From: Bacteroidaceae bacterium
Lineage (GTDB): Bacteria; Bacteroidota; Bacteroidia; Bacteroidales; UBA932
Direction: 5' to 3'
Assembly (NCBI GenBank): GCA_963642795.1
Contig: CAVIHT010000007.1
Span: forward strand, 11,529 to 75,528
DNA: 64,000 nucleotides
Positions 43,948-53,627 of this stretch are shown here, in pieces (positions within the stretch are counted from its first letter, which is position 1; each line of letters starts with the position of its first letter). The notes below the pieces were generated by a model, which was given only the letters and a program-made list of their open reading frames with translations, did no database searches and had not been told where the DNA came from. The position numbers and the translations under genes are program-made.

Positions 43948-45069
43948 CTATTCAACCGCTTTATAATAGACTGGCGAGTGTCTGCCATCGAGGCAGAAGA
44001 TCCCCGCGAGGTCGCGCAGCAGCAGGTCTGGGCGGACGACTCCGCTTTCCCAGAAATCGTTGCCGCCTTTGACGTTGAGGCGTTTGTTGTCGTTCCAGAC
44101 AACGTGTGGCGCGTCTGCGACATCTTTGTCAGAGTAGCCTCTGGCGGCTGCATTCTCTTGAATGTTCCTAAGAAAATCCCCGAACAGCGGATTGACGGAA
44201 AGCAACTGCTCTAATGTCCGGCACCAACCGACATTCATCCAAAGATCCGCTCCCTTTGACAAGGAATATGCCGTCTCCACGGAGATCTGACCGGAGACTG
44301 AACTTCCCGCCTTTGCACCGAGAATCTCTCCGCCTGCATCCTTGAACAGGGTCGTGAGGTAACTTTCCTGCCCCGGGATGAACCATTGGTCCTTGTAGGG
44401 GATGTTGACCAGAATCTTCCTTGTGCCGCGCGCCGCCGTCGCAATTGAATCCCGTAGGCCTATGTAGTTCTTCGAGACGGCATCAAGCACTGAGTCCGCC
44501 TCTGGCATATTTCCGGCCAAGGCTCCGAAAAGGCGTATGTAGGCGGCTCTTGCGAGAGGGTGTCGTTCCAGATGTTCGTTGACGATGAAAGTCCTGATTC
44601 CCAGCGATTCGAGTTTTGAAAGGAACTGCGATTTCACCAGTGACACCGAATAGGTCAGCAGCAAATCCGGCTTCAATGCCATGATCTTCTCATAGTCGGG
44701 ACTTGCGTCATAGCCGATGTCAGCCACGGTCCCGTTGTCCAGGCGGGCGACCACGGAAGAGTCGCAGACATATTCACCGCCCGATACTCCTACAATCATC
44801 GAGTCCGCCTTTATGGCGTCCAGAAATCCGATGTAGGAAGTGCTCATCACAATCAGCCGGTTCAGCGGCTCGCTGATTTCCAGAGTGTCCCGGCTTCCGT
44901 CAAACGGTGAGACCGAGACCAGCGAATATCCACCCTCGGGGAGCGCTTCTATAGTCAAGAACTGAGGCTCGCACTCGTTAGAGGCCGCCGCATCTCCGCC
45001 TTTGCGCACGCAGCCACACACACTTGCCGCAAGCACCGCGGCAAAGAAAATATATTTGTAAAGTTTCAT
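43948..45069 (-). CDS. ABC transporter substrate-binding lipoprotein (BtuF/siderophore-type periplasmic binding protein fold)
   Basis: It has a lipoprotein signal (AASVCGC), and the overall pattern is that of Peripla_BP_2-type binding proteins. No permease or ATPase gene is adjacent. Confidence 0.7.
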   Translation of the reverse strand: MKLYKYIFFAAVLAASVCGCVRKGGDAAASNECEPQFLTIEALPEGGYSLVSVSPFDGSRDTLEISEPLNRLIVMSTSYIGFLDAIKADSMIVGVSGGEYVCDSSVVARLDNGTVADIGYDASPDYEKIMALKPDLLLTYSVSLVKSQFLSKLESLGIRTFIVNEHLERHPLARAAYIRLFGALAGNMPEADSVLDAVSKNYIGLRDSIATAARGTRKILVNIPYKDQWFIPGQESYLTTLFKDAGGEILGAKAGSSVSGQISVETAYSLSKGADLWMNVGWCRTLEQLLSVNPLFGDFLRNIQENAAARGYSDKDVADAPHVVWNDNKRLNVKGGNDFWESGVVRPDLLLRDLAGIFCLDGRHSPVYYKAVE

Positions 45070-45076
45070 CCCGTCG

Positions 45077-45084
45077 CAAATTTA
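45077..45084 (-). promoter_or_regulatory. -7 promoter box TAAATTTG 7 nt from the start codon of the binding-protein gene
   Basis: Exact TAnnTTTG match. The ATG is at 45067-45069, which implies a near-leaderless transcript. Confidence 0.4.
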
Positions 45085-45154
45085 ATAGTTTTTTGCTATA
45101 TTCGAAGTTTGTTCATGGAATCCGCTTTTTCGTTTTGAGGCATGGTGAGATTTT

Positions 45155-46450
45155 ATGGCTTCTAAGAGGAAAGAGGTGAAATCAATGCAATTGAATATGG
45201 GAAAATATAACTTTGACGAGATGACATCGAGGCGCGGCACGAACTGCGTCAAGTGGGATGCCGAGAGTCCTGTCGGGCCGATTACGGAGGATGTGATTCC
45301 GCTCTGGGTGGCTGACATGGATTTCAAGGTGGCTCCGGAGATTGTGGAAGTGCTGAAAAAGCGTGTCGATCATGAGATTTTCGGCTACACCCACGTGCCG
45401 GATTCGTACTACGAGGCCGCCATCAATTGGTGGGAGCGCCGCAGAGGATGGCACACCGAGAAGGACTGGTATCTCTACATTCCGGGAGTAGTCCCGGCGA
45501 TGTCAGTAGTAGTCAAGGCCTTGACCCAGTACGAGATTGTCGGAGGTGAGGTTGTCGAGAAGCCGGACCGCGGCCGCGGCCCTCACGGCGAACTGCCGAA
45601 GATGATCATCCAGAGTCCGGCTTACAACTGTTTCTTCTCCACGGCGAAGAACAACCTGTGCGAGCTTTCGGTCAACAAACTGATCTACGACACGGAAGGA
45701 GACCAGGCAACGTGGTACATTGATTTCGACGATCTTGAGAGACGCGCGGCCGATCCGATGGCAAAAGTTCTTCTCTTCTGCAACCCTCACAATCCTTGCG
45801 GACGAGTATGGCCTCGTGAGGATCTGGAAAGAGTGGCCGACATCTGCCGCAGGAACGGTGTGATCGTCATCAGCGACGAGATCCACTGCGAACTGGAAAT
45901 GCCAGGCTATCACTTCACCCCGATGGCCTCGCTCTCGCAGGCGGCTCAGGACAACACCGTCACGATGAACTCTCCGAGCAAGTCGTTCAACATCGCCGGT
46001 CTCGGAATCTCGAACATCATCACGAACAATCCGGACTGGAAGAGAATCATCGACAGGGTCATCAACATCAACGAACTCTGCGATGTTAATCCTTTCGGGG
46101 TTCTTGCGCTTCAGGCAGCCTACAACGGGGGCGAGCCTTGGCTCAAGGAACTCAATGAGTACCTTTACGGGAATTACCGTACTTTGCTCTCGTTCTTCGA
46201 GGAGAATCTTCCGGAGTTCCCTGTCAGCAAACTGGAGGGTACGTACCTTGCATGGGTGGATGTCAGTGCTTTGAACATGTTCGCGAACGACATCGAGAAC
46301 AGTCTGCTGCTTAACGAAAAGGTGTGGATCAATTCAGGAGTCATGTACGGTCTCGACGGCTTCATGCGCATCAACATCGCCTGCCCCCGCAAGCGTCTCC
46401 TGCAAGGCCTTGAGCGTATCGCCTGCGGTTTCCGCCGTCTGATGGCCTGA
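45155..46450 (+). CDS. MalY/PatB family PLP-dependent C-S lyase (cystathionine beta-lyase-type aminotransferase)
   Basis: It has the PLP lysine motif SPSKSFNIAGL and the N-terminal YNFDEMTSRRGTNCVKWD. Alternative starts lie at 45185 and 45197 (MGKYNFDE). Confidence 0.85.
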   Translation: MASKRKEVKSMQLNMGKYNFDEMTSRRGTNCVKWDAESPVGPITEDVIPLWVADMDFKVAPEIVEVLKKRVDHEIFGYTHVPDSYYEAAINWWERRRGWHTEKDWYLYIPGVVPAMSVVVKALTQYEIVGGEVVEKPDRGRGPHGELPKMIIQSPAYNCFFSTAKNNLCELSVNKLIYDTEGDQATWYIDFDDLERRAADPMAKVLLFCNPHNPCGRVWPREDLERVADICRRNGVIVISDEIHCELEMPGYHFTPMASLSQAAQDNTVTMNSPSKSFNIAGLGISNIITNNPDWKRIIDRVININELCDVNPFGVLALQAAYNGGEPWLKELNEYLYGNYRTLLSFFEENLPEFPVSKLEGTYLAWVDVSALNMFANDIENSLLLNEKVWINSGVMYGLDGFMRINIACPRKRLLQGLERIACGFRRLMA

Positions 46451-46455
46451 CCGGT

Positions 46456-47019
46456 CTAGAAAACAACCTGAAAATCAAGGACTGTGTCCTTGCCGAAAGA
46501 ACCTTCGATGCGGATGCGGCCGTCCGCGCGGTTTGCCAACGGCTCTCGTGCGGCCAGTTCTATGGCAATGAGGTCGCCGGTGCGGATGTAGAGCAGTCTG
46601 GTGGCTTCCACGAGAGCGTCCTCAATCATATTCAATGATGGTTGTCCGAAGCTGAAAAGTTCTTGTCCGTTCCGCAGCAGCCGGAACTGACCGTATTCCT
46701 CCAATTTTAGCGGAGGAAATGTCGGCGATGGAAGGAAGGATGTGTGATCCAGACAGATTGCTTGGGCATAGCCTTCCGGCGTGCCGTCCAGAAGGCTCTC
46801 GGGGTAGAGAAGCACACCGTAGCCGACGCTGTCGTAGTACCTTGATGCAAACTTTCCGCCGACGCTGCGGCCCGGCTTCAGGACACGGGCGAAAAGAACC
46901 GGTGAATATGTCAGCGTGTCCACGAACTCAGGAGGGTAGAAATCCTCGTTGTCCTTCTCCCATGTCGTGTCCGGACGTACGGAGATGTGGCCGGATGATG
47001 TCTTTACTATTATATTCAT
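46456..47019 (-). CDS. hypothetical protein (187 aa)
   Basis: ATG start, 25 nt downstream of the exonuclease gene on the same strand. I recognise no motif with confidence. Confidence 0.5.
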   Translation of the reverse strand: MNIIVKTSSGHISVRPDTTWEKDNEDFYPPEFVDTLTYSPVLFARVLKPGRSVGGKFASRYYDSVGYGVLLYPESLLDGTPEGYAQAICLDHTSFLPSPTFPPLKLEEYGQFRLLRNGQELFSFGQPSLNMIEDALVEATRLLYIRTGDLIAIELAAREPLANRADGRIRIEGSFGKDTVLDFQVVF

Positions 47020-47044
47020 GGAATAAGCTTCCCTATGGGGAGGG

Positions 47045-48052
47045 TCAGAAGAGCCTGCTGCCGCCGAATTTGTCCTTCAACCCGGCAACTGCACTGTCAA
47101 ACGCCTCTCCTTCAAGAGGTTTGCTCATCTCTGCTTCACGGGCCTTGTCGGCCTCTTTCTTTTCCTTCTCGAACTGCTCTTTCAGACGCGCGAACTGACG
47201 TTTGGTGTCCATCGTGAACTCACCGTTCTCGATCCACGCGAAGTAGGCGGGTTCCGTCTCATAGACCTCGCGGGCGGTTCTTCCCTTGTGCTTTCCGAAA
47301 CTGATCGTAGGCTCGTCATTCTTTCCAAGGATCAATCGGCCGGCGTAGTCCACCGTGCGAGGGCGTCCGGCCACTCCGGCCAGAAATTCGACATCATTCT
47401 TGAGGGGCTGCTCGTGGTACTTGCTCGGGGTCTGGTACATGTCCAGCTGCCCTTTCAGCACCTCGTAGGTGGCCATTGTGTCGGCCTCCGCCGAGTGGGC
47501 GTTCTCGAAATCCTCCCCACCGCAGTAGAAGCGGTATGCAGCCTTGAGGTTGCGGGGCTCCATGTAGTGGTAGATCGTCTGCACGTCGATCATCTGCTTG
47601 GAATGAAGGTCGATGTCCGTGGCCTTAAGCATCGCCTGAGCCTTCTCCTTGTTTTCCGGAGTGTTTCCGGGGGCGGCAATCCTGCGCAGACAGTATGCCC
47701 TTACCCTCTCAAGTTCCTCGGACAGCATCGGAAGGTCGAACTTCGTGGAGTTGTAACCGGCCAGATCGCTGTCCCTCAGCCATTCCACAACTTCCGGTGC
47801 GATTTCTATGAACTTCTTTTCCCCCGCCACGTCCTCGTCCTTGATTCCGTTCACCTGACTGGCTTCCGGATTGATCGGATGCTGTTTGCGGAGTGTGTAG
47901 TCCCACGGGCAGACCCTCCATGTCTTTACCTCGTGATGGCCGTCCGGGAACACCTTGACAAAACTGAGTTCGACAATGCAGTCATTGACAATGTTAAGAC
48001 CTGTGCTCTCGATGTCGAAGAAAAGCAAAGGCCTCTCAAGAGAAAGTTCCAT
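47045..48052 (-). CDS. DnaQ-like 3'-5' exonuclease with a DUF3820-like C-terminal domain
   Basis: It has Exo I (FFDIESTGL) and Exo III (HSAEADTMATYEV). The C-terminal FGKHKGRTAREVYETEPAYFAWI resembles the DUF3820 / exodeoxyribonuclease X C-terminal motif. Confidence 0.8.
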   Translation of the reverse strand: MELSLERPLLFFDIESTGLNIVNDCIVELSFVKVFPDGHHEVKTWRVCPWDYTLRKQHPINPEASQVNGIKDEDVAGEKKFIEIAPEVVEWLRDSDLAGYNSTKFDLPMLSEELERVRAYCLRRIAAPGNTPENKEKAQAMLKATDIDLHSKQMIDVQTIYHYMEPRNLKAAYRFYCGGEDFENAHSAEADTMATYEVLKGQLDMYQTPSKYHEQPLKNDVEFLAGVAGRPRTVDYAGRLILGKNDEPTISFGKHKGRTAREVYETEPAYFAWIENGEFTMDTKRQFARLKEQFEKEKKEADKAREAEMSKPLEGEAFDSAVAGLKDKFGGSRLF

Positions 48053-48071
48053 AGCTCTGATTCTTGTATGA

Positions 48072-49190
48072 TTAAACCATGATAGGCATCAGGATTCCGC
48101 AGATCTTGCCACTTTCGGCATCCTCATCGGATGGTATGATGAGGGCGGCTCTGCGGGCGTCGGCGAATTTCATCACGACGGTCTCGCAACTCATGTTGGC
48201 GAGGATTTCCGTGAGGAATGTTGACTTGAATCCGATGGAAAGTTCGTCTCCGCTGTAGTCGCAGCTGATCTTCTCGTAAGCTGCGATCGCGAAGCCGAGA
48301 TCCTGTGCCGTGATTTCCATCTGCCCGGGCTTGAGATCCAGTTTGATGTGGTTGGAAGCCTTGTTCGCACAGACGGCCACGCGTCTTACCGTGTTAAGGA
48401 ACATGACCCTGTCGATCTTCAACACACTGGAATTGTTCTGAGGGATCACGTCACGGTACTTAGGAAACTTGCCGACGATCAGTCTGCACACCATCGTCGT
48501 CTTTCCGAACGTGAAAAGAACCGTGCTTGAGTCGAATGAGATCTCTACCGTTCCGTCATCCTTCCCGAGGATGGACTTCAGAACCGCTGCCGGCTTCTTG
48601 TGGAGGATAAACGAGCATTTTTCCGGAGTCTTCACTTCCTTGGCCGTGTAGCAGATGAGCTTGTGGGAGTCAGAAGCCACAAGAGTGGTCGATTCCGGGC
48701 CGAAGTCAAAGAATATTCCGTTCATGGCAGGCCTGATCTCATCGTCGGCCGTCGCATAGATCGTGCTGTTCACGCCTTCGATAAGACTTTCGGCGGGGAA
48801 TTCGATTTTTTCAGCGTCGTCGCTTGTCCCTTTGATCTCAGGATAGTCCTCTGCCGGGAAGAAAGGAAGCACGGAGTTTCCGCTGGTCCATTTGCACTCG
48901 ATCGAGCTGTCGCTTGCGGTCTTGATGGCGACCGGCTGGTCAGGAAGCTCCTTCAGAAGATCGATTATGTGCCTTGCCGGAACGGCGATCTTGCCTTCTT
49001 CTTCCGTGGTGTCCACCTCGATCTCGGTCTTCAGGGTGAGCTCTGAATCCGATGCGGTCACCTCAAGGATGTTGCCTTTGAGGTCAAACAGGAAGTTTTC
49101 CAGGATTGGCAGGGCGGACTTGGCCGGGATGGCCTTTGAGATGTCCATCAGCCCTTTCAGAAGCTCTGAGCTCGATACGTTGAATTTCAT
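48072..49190 (-). CDS. dnaN: DNA polymerase III subunit beta (sliding clamp)
   Basis: 372 aa. It starts MKFNVSSSELLKGLMDISKAIPAKSALPILENFLF, and the length fits a three-domain clamp. Confidence 0.95.
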   Translation of the reverse strand: MKFNVSSSELLKGLMDISKAIPAKSALPILENFLFDLKGNILEVTASDSELTLKTEIEVDTTEEEGKIAVPARHIIDLLKELPDQPVAIKTASDSSIECKWTSGNSVLPFFPAEDYPEIKGTSDDAEKIEFPAESLIEGVNSTIYATADDEIRPAMNGIFFDFGPESTTLVASDSHKLICYTAKEVKTPEKCSFILHKKPAAVLKSILGKDDGTVEISFDSSTVLFTFGKTTMVCRLIVGKFPKYRDVIPQNNSSVLKIDRVMFLNTVRRVAVCANKASNHIKLDLKPGQMEITAQDLGFAIAAYEKISCDYSGDELSIGFKSTFLTEILANMSCETVVMKFADARRAALIIPSDEDAESGKICGILMPIMV

Positions 49191-49204
49191 ATTCGTATTT
49201 TTTA

Positions 49205-49257
49205 AATTCAGAAGCTGTTTTAAAATAATTCCTCTTTTTTCTTATGCGGCCTTTCCG
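49205..49257 (-). repeat. copy A of the dispersed intergenic element (in the dnaN leader)
   Basis: 49222-49257 matches 59660-59695 at 35 of 36 positions, and 49208-49238 matches 23607-23637 (reverse complement) at 29 of 31. Confidence 0.9.
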
Positions 49258-49285
49258 GCCGCCGGAGGCGGGCCTCTGTAAAAGG

Positions 49286-49293
49286 CAAATATA
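49286..49293 (-). promoter_or_regulatory. -7 promoter box TATATTTG upstream of dnaN
   Basis: Exact TAnnTTTG match on the minus strand, 96 nt upstream of the ATG at 49190. Confidence 0.45.
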
Positions 49294-49397
49294 CGAATAT
49301 TCCCTTAATAATATGGCATCATATTTGATTTTTTGCCGTGGGCTTCGTAAATGCGATACGGAGTCATGCGGAATGATTGATTTTAGAATTTAATAAT

Positions 49398-50885
49398 ATG
49401 TCAAAAATGAAAAAAGGTTTAGTAACAGTAATGCTGTCAGTGTTGTTCAGCGTGCTGGCGGCTTACGGTGTCGTCAAGGCGGCGACCGTGGAAGAGGGGG
49501 ACAAAGTGACAAGAGCGGAGAATGGAATGGTCACGAAGACTGTCAATCTGGCACAGTCCGACTATCCTGATTTGACATATGCGGCTGAAGCCGCTGTGGA
49601 CGCTGTCGTTTATGTTGAGGTGACGGTCACCCAACAGTACCAGATGGTTGATCCTCTGTTTCGTTTCTTTTTCGGTGACAGCGAACCTCAGACCAGAGAG
49701 CAACAGGGAATCGGCTCCGGTGTGATCATCCGTCCTGACGGTTACATTGTCACCAATAATCATGTGGTCGCCAACGCGACAAAAGTGCAGGTGACTCTGA
49801 ACAACAACAAAACTTATGAGGCCAAGGTGATCGGTACCGATCCCGCCACTGATGTGGCTCTCATCAAGATTGACGCTGAAGGGCTTCCAACTCTTCCTTT
49901 CGGAGACTCTGACCAGATCCGGCTTGGTGAGTGGGTGCTTGCTGTGGGAAGTCCTCTCGGCTATCAGCTCAGGTCAACGATCACTGCCGGAATCGTCAGC
50001 GCCAAAGGACGTTCCATGGCTCATGATCCAAGAGAGAACAACACTGTCCACATCGAGTCATTCATCCAGACCGATGCTGCGGTCAACCCTGGCAACTCGG
50101 GCGGCGCGCTTGTGAACAAGATGGGCGAGCTTGTCGGTATCAACACGGCGATTGTCTCTCAGACAGGATCTTATTCGGGATATTCATTCGCCGTTCCGGT
50201 CAACATCGTGAAGAAAGTCGTCGGCGACCTGATTGATTTCGGTTCAGTGAAGAGAGCGATGCTTGGCGTCAGCATGGCGGGACTTACCGATGCCTTGGCC
50301 AAGGATCTGAAATATGATTCAGTGAATGATATGTTGGAAAAATTGAAACTTTCTTCCGCCGAGGGCGTATATATTGTTGAGGTTGTCAAAGGTGGGGCCG
50401 CTGAAAAGGCCGGTGTGAGGAAAGGTGATGTGCTTTTGGCCATTGACGGCTCGGCTGTCAAAGACGGTGCCGCTGTTCAGGTCAAGGTTAATTCTTTCCA
50501 TCCTGGAGACAAGGCTGTTCTGAAAATTGTCAGAGACGGCAAAGAGAAAGAGATTGAGGTGACATTCTTAGGTACAAGCCGTGAGAATGGTACTGTGGTT
50601 GGAGACGGAGAGATCGCTTTCTTCGGTAGTACGCTTAAGGAGGCCGGAAAAGAGGATCTTGGAAAGTTCGGTCTGAAGAAGGGTGTCCTCGTCGCTTCTG
50701 TCGGCAGCGGCAAGATGCTTGAGGCCGGCGCTTCGGAGGGAATGATCATCACCTACGTCAACGATCAGCCTGTCGGCACACCTGAGGATGTCTTGAACAT
50801 CGCCAAGTCCGCGAAGAGGGCGGTTTACATCGAGGGCGTCACGGCCAACGGTAGGAAAGCCTTCTTCGGATTCAGTAAGGAATAA
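49398..50885 (+). CDS. Do/DegQ/HtrA family periplasmic serine endoprotease
   Basis: The track start is TTG. The ATG at 49398 gives MSKMKKGLVTVMLSVLFSVLAAYG. The catalytic triad contexts are TNNHVV, DVALIKI and GNSGGAL, and there are two PDZ-like regions. Confidence 0.9.
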   Translation: MSKMKKGLVTVMLSVLFSVLAAYGVVKAATVEEGDKVTRAENGMVTKTVNLAQSDYPDLTYAAEAAVDAVVYVEVTVTQQYQMVDPLFRFFFGDSEPQTREQQGIGSGVIIRPDGYIVTNNHVVANATKVQVTLNNNKTYEAKVIGTDPATDVALIKIDAEGLPTLPFGDSDQIRLGEWVLAVGSPLGYQLRSTITAGIVSAKGRSMAHDPRENNTVHIESFIQTDAAVNPGNSGGALVNKMGELVGINTAIVSQTGSYSGYSFAVPVNIVKKVVGDLIDFGSVKRAMLGVSMAGLTDALAKDLKYDSVNDMLEKLKLSSAEGVYIVEVVKGGAAEKAGVRKGDVLLAIDGSAVKDGAAVQVKVNSFHPGDKAVLKIVRDGKEKEIEVTFLGTSRENGTVVGDGEIAFFGSTLKEAGKEDLGKFGLKKGVLVASVGSGKMLEAGASEGMIITYVNDQPVGTPEDVLNIAKSAKRAVYIEGVTANGRKAFFGFSKE

Positions 50886-50909
50886 GTTGAAGAAGGTTGA
50901 CGGATAGAG

Positions 50910-50950
50910 TTTCCCTGACGGAAAAGGATCCAAGCCTTCTGTCAGGGAAA
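50910..50950 (+). terminator. 10-bp perfect stem-loop after the HtrA gene
   Basis: TTTCCCTGAC (50910-50919) pairs with GTCAGGGAAA (50941-50950) across a 21-nt loop, followed by TTTGTGTATT. Confidence 0.45.
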
Positions 50951-50969
50951 TTTGTGTATTACAAGATAT

Positions 50970-51830
50970 ATGAGGCAATTAAAGATTACAAAGTCAATCA
51001 CCAACCGCGAGAGCGCGTCTCTGGACAAGTACCTTCAGGAGATCGGTCGCGAGGAGCTGGTGTCTCCGGAAGAGGAGGTCGAACTTTCACAGAGAATCCG
51101 CAAGGGCGATCAGAAGGCGTTGGAGAAGCTCACAAGAGCCAATCTCCGATTTGTGGTTTCTGTTGCGAAACAGTACCAGAATCAAGGTCTCAGCCTTCCG
51201 GACTTGATTAACGAGGGCAACCTCGGTCTGATCAAGGCCGCCGAGAAGTTCGACGAGACAAGAGGGTTCAAGTTCATTTCATACGCCGTCTGGTGGATCC
51301 GTCAGTCGATTCTTCAGGCTCTTGCCGAGCAGTCGAGGATCGTCAGGCTTCCGCTCAACCAGGTCGGCTCCCTGAACAAGATCAACAAAGCTCTGTCACA
51401 GTTCGAGCAGAAGAACGAGAGAAGCCCTTCCAACGAGGAACTCTCCGAGATGATAGACATCCCTCAGGACAAGATTTCCGACACCCTCAGGGTCTCCGGA
51501 AGACACGTGTCAGTCGATGCTCCGTTTGTCGAAGGTGAGGACAACAGCCTTCTGGACGTGATTCCTAACGATGACTCCCCGATGGCCGACAGAGGTCTGG
51601 TGAACGAGTCCCTCAGCACCGAGATCGAGAGGTCCCTCCAGATCCTTACTACCCGCGAGCGCGAGATCATCAAGTCATTCTTCGGCATCGGCTGCCAGGA
51701 GATGACCCTTGAGGAGATCGGAGAAAGGCTTGACCTTACGAGGGAGAGAGTCCGCCAGATCAAGGAGAAGGCGATCCGCAAGCTCAAGAAACCGTCCGCA
51801 AGCAAACTTCTTAAAACCTATCTCGGCTGA
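50970..51830 (+). CDS. rpoD: RNA polymerase primary sigma factor (Bacteroidetes sigma-A)
   Basis: The track start is TTG. The ATG at 50970 gives [26 protein letters not shown]. It has region 2 ([35 protein letters not shown]) and region 4.2 ([23 protein letters not shown]). Its 286 aa are typical of Bacteroidota. Confidence 0.9.
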   Translation: MRQLKITKSITNRESASLDKYLQEIGREELVSPEEEVELSQRIRKGDQKALEKLTRANLRFVVSVAKQYQNQGLSLPDLINEGNLGLIKAAEKFDETRGFKFISYAVWWIRQSILQALAEQSRIVRLPLNQVGSLNKINKALSQFEQKNERSPSNEELSEMIDIPQDKISDTLRVSGRHVSVDAPFVEGEDNSLLDVIPNDDSPMADRGLVNESLSTEIERSLQILTTREREIIKSFFGIGCQEMTLEEIGERLDLTRERVRQIKEKAIRKLKKPSASKLLKTYLG

Positions 51831-53617
51831 TGACTCCGGAACTTTTTATCGCCTCGAAGGCTTCAGAAGCCATAAAGGCACTCTATAACGCTGACATAGA
51901 GCCGTCAGCCCTTCAAGTCTCCGTCACAAGGAAGGAATTCACCGGAGACTTCACACTCGTCGTTTTTCCGCTCCTGCGCCTGTCGCACTCCACTCCGGAG
52001 AACACCGGCAAGGCGATAGGAGAATGGCTGAAGGCCAACGTCCCTGAAATTTCTGAATATAACTGCGTCAAAGGATTTCTTAACCTGTTGTTTTCTAATC
52101 TGTTCTGGAACGAGCTTTTCGGAGAGATCGTCTCGGACAAGGCATTCGGAGACCTGCCGAAGACAGGACGGAACATCATGGTCGAGTTCTCTTCCCCGAA
52201 CACCAACAAGCCGCTTCACCTCGGCCACATCAGGAACAACCTGCTGGGCGACTCTGTGTCAAGGCTTCTTAAGGCCAGCGGCAACAACGTGATCAAGACG
52301 ACCCTCGTCAACGACAGGGGAGTTCACATCTGCAAGTCGATGCTTGCATGGCTTAAGGTCGGAAACGGTGCCACACCTGAGTCCACCGGGATCAAGGGAG
52401 ACCATCTTGTCGGGGATATGTACGTGGCTTTCAACGACATCTACAAGAAGGAGGTCGATGACCTCGTGGCCGGAGGAATGGATGAAGAGACAGCCAAGAA
52501 AGAGGCTCCATGTCTGAAGGAGGCTCATGAGATGCTTCAGAAGTGGGAGGCCGGAGACAAGGAGGTGCGTGACCTCTGGGCCAGGATGAACGGATGGGTT
52601 CTCAAGGGATTCGACGAGTCCTATAAGGCTCTCGGAATCACTTTCAACAAGGTTTACTACGAGTCCCAGACTTACCTTCTCGGCAAGGAATTGGTGCAGA
52701 AAGGATTGGACATGGGCGTGTTCGTGAAGGATCCTGACGGCTCCGTCTGGTGCGACCTCACGGCCGACGGCCTTGACAGGAAACTGCTCATCCGCTCTGA
52801 CGGCACATCGGTTTACATCACCCAGGATCTCGGCACGGCCGAAAGGCGTTTCGCCGAGTACCACCTTGACTCGCACGTCTATGTGGTCGGCAACGAGCAG
52901 AACTACCATTTCCAGGTGCTTAAGTTGATTCTCAAGAAGTTGGGATTCGAGTGGTCCGACAGCATATTCCATCTTTCCTACGGAATGGTCGAACTGCCGG
53001 AGGGCAAGATGAAGTCACGCGAGGGTACGGTCGTGGATGCCGACGACCTTCTCCAGAAGATGTACGAGGAGGCGAGGGCCACTTCCGACGAGTCCGGCAA
53101 GTTGGCGGACATGAGCGAGGAAGAGAAGACCAAACTCTATCACATGATCGGCCTTGGAGCCCTCAAGTACTTTATCATCAAGGTGGATCCGAAGAAGACC
53201 ATGCTCTTCAACCCGAAGGAGTCCATCGACTTCAACGGCAACACGGGTCCGTTCATCCAGTACACCCACGCCAGGATCCGCTCCATCCTTCGCAAAGCGG
53301 CTGAAAAGGGCATTGAATATTCCTCCTCCACTCTGCCGAAAGTCGAGCTGAGCGCCAAGGAAATCAGGCTCATAAAGCTGCTGAACACCTTCCCGGCGAA
53401 GATCGATGAAGGGGCGAGGGCATATTCACCCGCCGTTGTCGCCAACTACGCCTACGATCTCGCCAAGGAGTTCAACCAGTACTACCACGACACGCCGATT
53501 CTCAAGGAGGAGAACGCCGATGTGCTGTGGATGCGTCTCGTGCTGATCGACACCCTTTCCGCGGTGCTCCGCAAGGCGATGGGTATCCTTGGAATCGAGC
53601 TTCCTGAGAGAATGTAG
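51830..53617 (+). CDS. argS: arginine--tRNA ligase
   Basis: It has the HIGH-type motif (SSPNTNKPLHLGHIRN) and the KMSK-type motif (GKMKSREGT). Its ATG overlaps the rpoD stop (TGATG). Confidence 0.95.
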   Translation: MTPELFIASKASEAIKALYNADIEPSALQVSVTRKEFTGDFTLVVFPLLRLSHSTPENTGKAIGEWLKANVPEISEYNCVKGFLNLLFSNLFWNELFGEIVSDKAFGDLPKTGRNIMVEFSSPNTNKPLHLGHIRNNLLGDSVSRLLKASGNNVIKTTLVNDRGVHICKSMLAWLKVGNGATPESTGIKGDHLVGDMYVAFNDIYKKEVDDLVAGGMDEETAKKEAPCLKEAHEMLQKWEAGDKEVRDLWARMNGWVLKGFDESYKALGITFNKVYYESQTYLLGKELVQKGLDMGVFVKDPDGSVWCDLTADGLDRKLLIRSDGTSVYITQDLGTAERRFAEYHLDSHVYVVGNEQNYHFQVLKLILKKLGFEWSDSIFHLSYGMVELPEGKMKSREGTVVDADDLLQKMYEEARATSDESGKLADMSEEEKTKLYHMIGLGALKYFIIKVDPKKTMLFNPKESIDFNGNTGPFIQYTHARIRSILRKAAEKGIEYSSSTLPKVELSAKEIRLIKLLNTFPAKIDEGARAYSPAVVANYAYDLAKEFNQYYHDTPILKEENADVLWMRLVLIDTLSAVLRKAMGILGIELPERM

Positions 53618-53627
53618 GATCCTTTCT

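Noticed and set aside
45070-45154. A possible cobalamin riboswitch upstream of the BtuF-like binding-protein gene
   Set aside because: Only about 85 nt of intergenic DNA is available, and the -7 box lies 7 nt from the ATG. That is far too short for a B12 riboswitch, and I saw no B12-box-like sequence.
49191-49397. A possible replication origin next to dnaN
   Set aside because: There is no dnaA gene and I could find no TTATCCACA-type DnaA boxes. The region is better explained by two divergent promoters plus the repeat element.
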